Shown here in pieces: positions 42,649 through 64,000 of a stretch of 64,000 bases of DNA. Below the pieces are notes generated by a model that did not search any database, was not told the DNA's origin, and saw only the letters and a list, made by a program, of their open reading frames with translations. A program made the position numbers and the translations under genes. The first letter of the stretch is position 1. Each line of letters begins with the position of its first letter. The DNA comes from Salpingoeca rosetta (Eukaryota > Protista > Choanoflagellata), in NCBI GenBank assembly GCA_033442325.1, contig JAWQFM010000019.1, positions 598,087-662,086 of the forward strand, given 5' to 3'.

Positions 42649-45075
42649 ATGGCGTCGCTTGGGGTGCACGAGTGGGCGTGTGTGGCGCAGCAGCTGTTGG
42701 ACGAAGCCCGCCGCTGTACCAGCAGCATGGACAAGCGCAACGTCGTGCGCGCCCTGTTCAACCTCATGCTCACCTCACGCACCTTGTACCACGACCTGGC
42801 CTGGGCCCTGCCAAAGTGGTGCCTCGACGACACGCGCGTGTACAAGGACGTTTCAGCCACGCACTGGCTCGACACCTTCCAGGCTGCTCTTGCGCGCGCG
42901 CTTCCACACGCAGGCCTGCGTGCGGAGGGTATTGCTCAGCGTGACGAGGCAGCGACAACTGTGACAACGACGCAGTGTCAAACCTGTCAAACCAACGACG
43001 GCGACACCACATCATGTACTTGCAGCCGCACGCAGGGCGACGCGTTGAAGCGTTGCACCTCGAGCTCTGTGTGTGGCCGCAGCGATCGCCTCCAAGCTTG
43101 GTTGCAGCAGCGGTTTCTCGTGCACGCTTGGCTTGGCATGACGTGGGAGGCAACCTGCCCATTCCTCTGCGGTGCACGGCAGAGAAACCAGTTCACGCCA
43201 CGCTTCACCCGGGTATTCGCCAGCGTCGCTCGCATTCACTTCCGCAACGCACGCGAGCTGCGCCTGTGGGTGGCTGGCGGGGCTGCCGTACCATCGCCTG
43301 CTGGCGAGCATGCAACCCATGCAGCGGCGCTGCAGAGCTCGGAGCGCACGCGCCCGTGGCAGCATACCACGCCAGGCACATCGTTGCTGTTGCTGCCGGC
43401 GTGGTATTCACTGACCACTGACGATCTTGTGGAGGAGCTGGGCCTTTCACAACAGAATCCTGTTGGAGCAGCGTCAGCGCATTCAACCTTGCCTGCAGAC
43501 ACCACCCGAAACGTGCACGTAGACACTGCCACCACTGCGAGCAGTGCTGCTCCACCAGCCGCCACCGCCACGTCTGATGTCACCCCATCTCCCGATCCCC
43601 GAACGTCGCTTGTCGCGAAGAGGGCGCTGGAGGTGTTGCAGAGGTACAGGGCTGCTCTGGGCGAGAACACAACAGCAACCTGCGCACGCTTGACGATGAG
43701 GGCTCCAGACGACGTGCCACGCCTCTCCTTCCACGACAAGAACCTGAACACGCTACAGCTGACGACGGTCGGCGTCGTTGAGGACATCCACTTTGGTGGT
43801 GCGCCCATCAATGTGCTCGAGTGGACCGTGGCGGAGGCGCAAGCGTGGCTTCCCAGCAGTTTCCGCCACGTTCAAGAGGTCACGATCTCGTGCTTTGGCG
43901 AGTGCATGCTCAACGACGTGGCTGCACTAGAAAATGTGCCACATGTATACCTGCAGCACTTGCCGCGCTTGCAGGATGTGTCCCCGCTGAGAGGCGCGAA
44001 GAAGGTGGTCCTGGAGAGCGTCGGCGTGACGGATGTTGTCGCCTTGCGAGACGTGGAGGACATCACCATCGTCAACTGCGAGCACGTGCAGATGCGGGAT
44101 GTCACGCTCAACGCCAAGCGCGTGCAGCTCACCTTGCTACCGGTGCAAGGCCCAATCCGCCTTCCACATGCCACCGACGTGACCGTTTTCGCCTGCAACA
44201 ACCTGCAGCGTGTCGCGTTTGCAGAGGACATGCACCACCTGTCCCTGAACCGGTGTCGGCGGCTGTCTTTCACCCCGTCCTTCAAGCACGCTAAGCACGT
44301 GGAACTGGGCATTGTCTTTCCCGCAAGCATGCGCAGGGACCTGTACGAGCGTGTGGACCACCTTGTCCTGTTTCACGAGGCCGGCATCTTGCACCCAGCA
44401 CACGTGGACGAGTACAACCTCACGGTTGACATCCGCCACGTGTCCTGCGCGTCCGTCAGCGAGCCGCCGCCTGCGTGCGTCCGGCAGCTGGCACTCAACG
44501 TCGTTGGGACGCAGCCCTTTGATGTGCAGCACCTCGGCTGCGTGCCCGATCTCTGCATCCGTGGCCACCACGACGGCACGGATCTGCAGCACGCTGACGC
44601 CCTGCGTGGCCAGCGCGCCCTGCACCTCACGCGCTGCCGCTTGCCGTCAGGGCACGTGCTCACCGACCACAACATGCTGACCCTGCAGCGCTGCGAAGGG
44701 GAAGCGGTGTGTGTGGACAACATCCGGCACTCCCTGCACGTGCAATGCTCCGGCCTGCGCCTGGACCGCGTCAGCAACGTGCCCAGCATCTGGCTCTCCT
44801 CCATGTCGGCCGTGCACGTGAATGTGATGCAGAACGTGCACACGTGCCACCTCTGGCTGTGCCGCGTGCAGGACTTTGCGCCCTTTGCCACCGTGCAGCG
44901 CGTGCTCTTGGAGGAGTGCCGGTTTGACGAGGACGACGCTACCGGCACCATGCCCGACACCATGGCGTGCCTGCGCATCAACCGCTGCACGACCACAACC
45001 ACGCGGGCAAGCTGGCCAGACCTCACCCTCATCAACACACCCAAGAACCACATCCTCGCAGCGCTGCGTGGCTGA
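42649..45075 (+). CDS. Intronless leucine-rich-repeat protein (808 aa), possible degenerate F-box-like N-terminus
   Basis: An uninterrupted ORF with LRR-like units (LNDVAALENVPHVYLQHLPRLQDVSPLRGAKKVVLESVGVTDVVALRDVEDITIVNC; VQDFAPFATVQRVLLEEC). Confidence 0.8.
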   Translation: MASLGVHEWACVAQQLLDEARRCTSSMDKRNVVRALFNLMLTSRTLYHDLAWALPKWCLDDTRVYKDVSATHWLDTFQAALARALPHAGLRAEGIAQRDEAATTVTTTQCQTCQTNDGDTTSCTCSRTQGDALKRCTSSSVCGRSDRLQAWLQQRFLVHAWLGMTWEATCPFLCGARQRNQFTPRFTRVFASVARIHFRNARELRLWVAGGAAVPSPAGEHATHAAALQSSERTRPWQHTTPGTSLLLLPAWYSLTTDDLVEELGLSQQNPVGAASAHSTLPADTTRNVHVDTATTASSAAPPAATATSDVTPSPDPRTSLVAKRALEVLQRYRAALGENTTATCARLTMRAPDDVPRLSFHDKNLNTLQLTTVGVVEDIHFGGAPINVLEWTVAEAQAWLPSSFRHVQEVTISCFGECMLNDVAALENVPHVYLQHLPRLQDVSPLRGAKKVVLESVGVTDVVALRDVEDITIVNCEHVQMRDVTLNAKRVQLTLLPVQGPIRLPHATDVTVFACNNLQRVAFAEDMHHLSLNRCRRLSFTPSFKHAKHVELGIVFPASMRRDLYERVDHLVLFHEAGILHPAHVDEYNLTVDIRHVSCASVSEPPPACVRQLALNVVGTQPFDVQHLGCVPDLCIRGHHDGTDLQHADALRGQRALHLTRCRLPSGHVLTDHNMLTLQRCEGEAVCVDNIRHSLHVQCSGLRLDRVSNVPSIWLSSMSAVHVNVMQNVHTCHLWLCRVQDFAPFATVQRVLLEECRFDEDDATGTMPDTMACLRINRCTTTTTRASWPDLTLINTPKNHILAALRG

Positions 45076-45138
45076 GGCGGAGTTTCGGGAAGGTTGAGGG
45101 GGGGGGGGTTGTGGATGGGCGAGGAATGTGGTGATGTG

Positions 45139-45195
<57 letters not shown>

Positions 45196-45415
45196 GCGTT
45201 GACGCTTTGTCTGCTCGGTTTTGTTGATGGTTGCATTGATTCAATGTGACACACCGTACGCCAGTGAAACAGACGCAGACGACAACAAATCGCAAGGACA
45301 AAAAAAAAATCGATTGTCCCATATCACTACACGCGTGAAGAAAACAGAACCACTCATCTCAACCGGGTCTCTCAACGACTCTTGTTACCTTCCCCTTTGC
45401 TCATCTTGAGACAAA

Positions 45416-48400
45416 TCACAGGAGAGCAGTGCGCAGCTCTTGAAAGGTTGGTCGGTGCGACGGAACTTGGCTCATGCACTCCAAGGACAACGCCCTGTAC
45501 CATTCAGGCGCCGCTGCGAGTCAAACATGACAATCAAACAAACACATATGAGGTCCTACCACATTCTGCATGTTCTCAGCGTTGTCATGAAACTTGCAAA
45601 TGTCATGACACTGTTGTCTGCACTCACCTAGCGCACTCGTCGTTTCTGACGGGGCCGGATACACGAGCCGTTTGCCATCATTCAGAAGGTCAAGAAGCTT
45701 CGTGAACATCGGCCCACGAAAACCTGGCACCTCCTGTGCAATCAGGTCAGGCACTTTCTGGTTTGCGATTTCCCACATGAGCACACCAAAGCTGAACACG
45801 TCAGCCTTTCGGCCATACACACTGCCAACGAGGACTTCTGGCGCCATATACAGTGGAGTGCCCACCCCAGCCGTCAGTGTGAGACCAAGTGTTTGTGCAC
45901 CCACGTGCTGTGAGTAGGCCATATCAGCCGGTGCCTCTGTGCGTGTTGTCTCTGCACTGAGCCGCTGACGAATGGTGCCAAAGTCCGAAATTTTGGCACG
46001 GAGCTTGCTCGACACAAGCACATTGCCGCTTTTCAGATCTCTGAAGGGCAGACAAACAACATGCACGCAGTTCATCATCAGCAGATTGATAACCAACCGA
46101 GAGGCCCCACCACAAAAGCGCAAAACACGCAATGCATGCAAGTTCACGTGTAAACACAGCCATGTGTACTCAAAGTCGCCAATGACGCTACAGCTCGACC
46201 GTTGCTGAAGGCACACCTGTGCATCTGATCAAGGCTATGGATGAATGCCATGCCACTTGCGATGTCATGGGCGAGGCGTCTCTTCAGCTCCCAGACCGAC
46301 GCCACATCGACGTCTTCTGCTGATGCCGATGATGTGGTCACGACAACCAGTTCGTGCTCTTCCTCCTCGTTCACCAGCGGGGCGGCTTCTGCAAAGTTGT
46401 CATCGCCACCCTCCTCAGACTGAGTCATTTGGTTGGCGTAGTCGGCCAGCAGTTCCTCGAAGTCGCGCTTCAACAAGTCCTTCAAGGAGCCCAGCGGAAC
46501 AAACTCAAGCACCATGAAGGGCGTGTTCTCTGGCGTTTGCCCCGCACCAAAGAAGCGAACCACGTGCTGGTGACGAGTTCGTTGGAGAAATTCGACTTCC
46601 TTTTCAAACTCAGCTTCCATCCCATCATCAAAGAAGTCAACACTCGGTTGCTTCAGCACCTTCACAGCAACGATGATGGAATCCCATTCAGCCTTAAACA
46701 CGACACCATAGGCACCGCTTGCCAGGCGTCGAATGAGGCGAACTTGATCAAATTTGATTTGCCACACAGAACGCAGTGCAATCACCTCTGCCTCTCGTTC
46801 ATCCAGCAGGGCTTGACCAAGATCGCGTTGGCTGCGCAAGTGACGCACACGCCTCCTATAACACAGTCGAGTGAGGTAAAAGATGCACACCGGCAATACG
46901 GCGAAGACAGAGCCCAGTGCAATCCCGAGCACAGGCGATTTCGTGCGGTGGCATTCACCCTTGCTGTGGTGAAACCCGCTTGCGCACGCACAAATGTGGC
47001 TAAAGATGACCTCTGTGGTTGGTAACTCTGCCTGGGAGCGCAAGGCACGCAAACTCTGCAGTTGCAGATTGCAGGCAATTGGAGCATTCTGCATTGCCAG
47101 AATGGGAATCGTGTCCCGAACTGGAATTTCATCGCCGCCAATCGTGGTCAACGCTGTGGAAGACACACCGAGTGTCTCCTGCGTGCCGACGCGAACTGCC
47201 ATCAAGCTACGCAGCTGCCGATTGCCGCTCAGGTCAATCACTGATGCCTGCTCCATGCAGCGACGCAGCATGTCTCTTATCACGAGATCGTCCCGAGCAA
47301 TGGTTCCACTGAGCAAACCTCGAGCGAAAAGGCGACTGCGGCCTTGGGTGGCACACATTTTATCAGAGAGCGGGATGCGTGTGCCGCTGATATCCAGTGT
47401 GTCCACTTTCTGAGCCACAAGTCTTGTCAGGCGCGGGCAGTATGATACATTCAAATACTCAACGTTCGAATCAATATCCACAGATAACATCTGCTCATTC
47501 AGCTCCAAGTGCACAGCTTCAAACGTTCTGCCTGCTGGAAGGGTGACATTGGTGAGGAGTGTTCTGGTGAGAAAGAACTCCTGCACGTTTGATGCCAGGG
47601 ACTCGACAATCGAGTGCAACAAATCACCATCTTCCATACGAGGCCACCCCATGCCAAACGATTGAAGGGTTGCAAGGAGGAATGGAGAAAGATCATCAAC
47701 TTCTAGATTACGCAAATCCAGCGTCGTGAGATGCTGAAAGTTTTCCTGAATCGCGACCTTTTCTTCTTCACTGTTGATGACAGGCGACACGAGCCGCGCT
47801 TGCGACTGTACACTGCCAGCTGCGATCTGCAAGGTCACAAGTTTGGGCTTGTTGACAAAATGTTCAAGACGAACCTCGTGCAGCTCGTGGCCATTAATAC
47901 TGAATGTTTCCACTTCGATAAGATGATGCACGCCCGACAAGTTGCGTATCGGATTGCCATTCATGTAGACAAATGTAAGTTTGCTCAATCGGGAGAGATC
48001 AAGCTGTGTGATGCGATTGTTGGGTGCATGCAGGCGTTTCAGCTCCGCTGCGCTGTGTAAGACCGTCAATGGAAGCATGGGCACATTGTTGTTGGCCAGA
48101 CTGAAGTGTTGAAGTTGTGGAGAGTCGGCCAGCAACGTTTGGGGCAACTGGCTGATTTGATTCTGGTCGAGGTTCAGAACTTGAAGTGCAATGAGGCCGT
48201 CAAAGGTTCCCGAAACAACGGCTGTCAGCGCATTTCCCTGAAGGAAGACTAATTCCAGTTGGGTTAAGCCTTGAAACGTGTTCCTGTGCAGTTGTTCCAG
48301 GAGGTTGTAAGCGAGGTGCAATGCTTTCAACGCGCTCAAGTTTGAAAAAATCTTTGGAGGCAGGGTGGTCAGTCGACAATGATCCAACTGCAACCGCTCC

Positions 48401-49905
48401 AAAACAGATGTGGCGGCGAACAAGTTTTCGGGAAAGGATGCAAGAGGTGTGCGTTGCAGGCTCAATACCTGCAACTGTGTCTGCTTGCTGAGTGTATCGT
48501 CAGGCAAGGTAACCAAAGGATTACCATCCAGCAGGAGTGTGTTCAGGTTGGTGAGGGGCGTCAGCAGTGTGCTTTGGATGCTGGTAAGCTGATTCTGGTC
48601 AAGTTCAAGCACCAGCAGTTGACCCAGAGGCCGAAACGCAGCTGCTTCAATGGAGGTTAGACCGCAGTTTGTCAGATCCAATGTCTTCATGTTTGGGGTT
48701 GCGCCAAATGAGCCCGCTGGCAGCGAAGACAGAGGATTGTCCTCAGCAACGAGCATCTCCAAATTTGGAAGGCGCTTGACGACATTACTCAAGTCCGTTA
48801 AAGCGTTGTCACTCACGTTCAAGGTGTGTAATTGGGCATATGTGCTATCTTCCTCGGGAGCCGTGAAACTGGTGAGCGCACCACGATACAGCGTCAACTC
48901 TGCAAGGGATGTCATGGTTGTAAAGATCAAATCGAGCGGAACCTCTTCCTGTGGAAGGCCTATGACCTCCATGGAATGTACACGATCCCAAATTGGCTGA
49001 TCAAGGAGGCACTGGAACTGAGACATGTCAACACCTTCGCGAATGAGAACGTGGACTGCGTAGTTTCGGATACGCTCGCAGAATTCACCATTCCGGCAGA
49101 ATTGGATGTTTTCATTTGTGCAGGCGGGTGGAAGCAACTGCTCTGGTGGAAAGGTCACTTTCAGCTGAAACTCAACTTGTGGTACATCACATGCAGAGAA
49201 AGCAAGATCTCCTAGTGTGCATTCCACCGTGGACAAACTGTCCATCTCTTCTCGCCGCCGACGATGGCGTGTGTGCAGACTTGGTGTGAGGAGATTATCG
49301 GAATGCCCTTGTGAGGGTGCGTGGGTCATAGTGTCACGATGTTGATATATGTCCTGATCCTCGAGATGAATCCTGCTGTCAGTTTTGTTTGTATCGGTCG
49401 TGTTGGGGAGTGTGACCAACTGGTGGGCGCCAACGTCGCGGTCATTCTGGTGAACCGTGTGTTCCTTCTCACCGCTGCGGTCCTCGAACGTGCTTTGAAA
49501 GACTTGCGATACATCTGTGCCTGGTGGGAGAGTAGAACAAAAGTGATGCAGTGCCGTTCGCAATACCCGAAGGTCATGCACGATGGTGGTTGTGTTGGTT
49601 GCGGGTTCATTCACCTGATGTGACAAAGCGTCTTGGGAGATCCTCGTCAATGAGGTCTTCGCCAGTGCACACAAAGACAAGTGTAGTTCGCAGCCAACGC
49701 GAAGACAAGTGCTTGTGCCTTTCTCTTCAGGTTCGCATAATGATCCTGTGAACAACAGGCTTTCGATGCTTTGATGTGTGTCCGGCGAAGCTGTTCTGTC
49801 ATCACTGCTTGTCAAGGACATTCCCTGGGTGAACTGACACGTCAGTAACCCTGACATCAGCCACAGCAAGAACAGCGGCGACGCTGTTCGCAGAAAGCGC
49901 ACCAT
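45416..49905 (-). CDS. LRR receptor-like kinase (TKL group): signal peptide, LRR ectodomain, Cys/EGF-like segment, TM helix, kinase
   Basis: Signal peptide MVRFLRTASPLFLLWLMSGLL; many LxxLxLxxNxL repeats; CACASGF..GEC; TM VLGIALGSVFAVLPVCIFYL; kinase motifs ASGAYGVV, VAVK, HRDLKSGN (across intron 46041-46216), DFG, GTPLYMAPE and DVFSFG. The last exon 45513-45416 (APEWYRALSLECMSQVPSHRPTF..stop) follows intron 45514-45627. Confidence 0.93.
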
Positions 49906-50580
49906 GGTATGGTGGTCACAGCAGAACTCTGGGAAAGGCTGGTGACAACTCGGGGCCTGTAGACGTTGGTTGTGGCTATGCGGTTGGTGTGGTTGGCCTC
50001 TGTGTTGTGTTTGGTGTGTTGTTGTAGTTGTTGTTTGTTGTAGTTGTTGTGTTGTGTTCTTCTTGGAGGAAATGGAGAATTTCGCCCTGAAAACAGGGAT
50101 CAAATCATTGCAGGTGCAACGTCGAAAATTAGCTACCGTCGTGTTGCACGCAGCTTCTTCGTTTCAGAACATTCCCCAGTTGTCCGGCCGGAAGGCCTTG
50201 TCAAAGGGAGTCACATCACCGAAACATGAAACCACCGTCGCACAACACAATCATCACCTCTCGTCCGCACCACGCTCACGTTCGCTGATGGATGGTCAGT
50301 ATGGGCTTGGTCGTCGTCACGTTTAACTTAAAACGCACGTTGGGTCGCCAGACAAAACCACTGTGAATCATCGCGGACGATGCGCAATGACGAGGAAGCA
50401 AGCAAGGAAGGAAGGAAGGGAGGGAAGGAAGGAAAGGAGGGGGAAGCAGCCAATTACGCAACCATCAGCTGCGAGACCGCCTGAACGTAGAGCACGATCA
50501 ACAGCGCTTCGAACACAGACACACGCACACATACACGAGAGCAGAAGGTGTGGTACATTCGTTGTGGGCGTACGCGCGTG

Positions 50581-53169
<2,589 letters not shown>

Positions 53170-53658
53170 TGTTGCTTGCTTGCTTGCTTGCTTGCTTGTT
53201 GTTGCTTGTTGTTGTGCTTGTTTGGTTGTTGTTGTTGTTGTAGAGGATTATGTGGTGTCGTCACAAAAAATCCAGCCATGTTGTGATGTGCGTGGAGTCG
53301 TTTGACATCTTCTCCACCCTTCTTTGCGCCGCTTTCATGCGCTCGTGTGGATCGGTGTGTTTCTTCACTTCATTCTCGCTATGCAACACGCGAAGGAAAC
53401 AAGTGCAGTCAAACAACAAAGAAGAGGCTAGGCAGGAATGAAGGAAAACCAGTCCGCAACAACAGTAGCATCATCAATCAGCCAACACAGCAACATCAAA
53501 CACACACACACACACGCACACACACAACACGCACGCAAAAGACAGAGAGCCAAAGAGCCAAAGAGCCAAAGAGCCAAAGAGCCACCAAAGAGCCAAAGAG
53601 CCACGGCCATATCACGACACGGCACGGCGACGAACAAACTCTGAGACGCGCGCTCAAC

Positions 53659-63650
<9,992 letters not shown>

Positions 63651-63679
63651 ATCTGCTTCCGGCAGTGGCACGACGCATG

Positions 63680-63748
<69 letters not shown>

Positions 63749-64000
63749 CAACACATTTATACTTTTTTTCACAAATCATCAAATAGTTAGTGACATATTT
63801 GACATTTTTAAATCACCAGAGGGGCTCCCTTATGACGCGTTACAAAAAAAGAAGATCCTGTGGAATTCTATAATATGATGAGATTTTGTGAGATGTGTGT
63901 TTTCTCTCTTTTATTTTCTTTATTATAAAGTGGTGGAAAATAAATATGTATATAGTGACTGAGTAATTGCGACTTCTGGTATTTATTTTTTTTCTTTTGT

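Noticed and set aside
45416-49905. Calling the receptor a tyrosine kinase or Toll-like receptor
   Set aside because: The catalytic loop is HRDLKSGN and no TIR domain is visible.

Overview
This is a GC-rich, intron-dense eukaryotic window with (CA/TG)n microsatellites in most introns. The style and gene content suggest a choanoflagellate, most likely Salpingoeca rosetta (inference). Manual splicing supports eight well-defined genes plus one weak ORF: (1) a complete ~25 kb VPS13-family lipid-transfer gene (-, 24919..64) with unusual inserted domains (RRM/SPOR-like, discoidin-like, two MABP beta-prisms, DUF5648-like); (2) a head-to-head NOX2/gp91phox-like NADPH oxidase (+); (3) a PH + GLTP protein (FAPP2/PLEKHA8-like, +); (4) a poly-Asp ORF (weak); (5) a spliced ~1074-aa SbcC/phage-gp46-like zinc-hook SMC ATPase with degenerate ABC motifs and a death-fold-like N-terminus (-); (6) a divergent intronless LRR gene (+); (7) an LRR receptor TKL kinase (-); (8) an SLC35E3-like transporter (-); (9) a type II diacylglycerol kinase (-). 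The best candidate for an undescribed system is the intron-poor 37-50 kb block, chiefly the SbcC-like gene paired head-to-head with the LRR gene. Most short ORFs in the track are translations of microsatellites. All domain calls are by eye and need HMM or structure confirmation.
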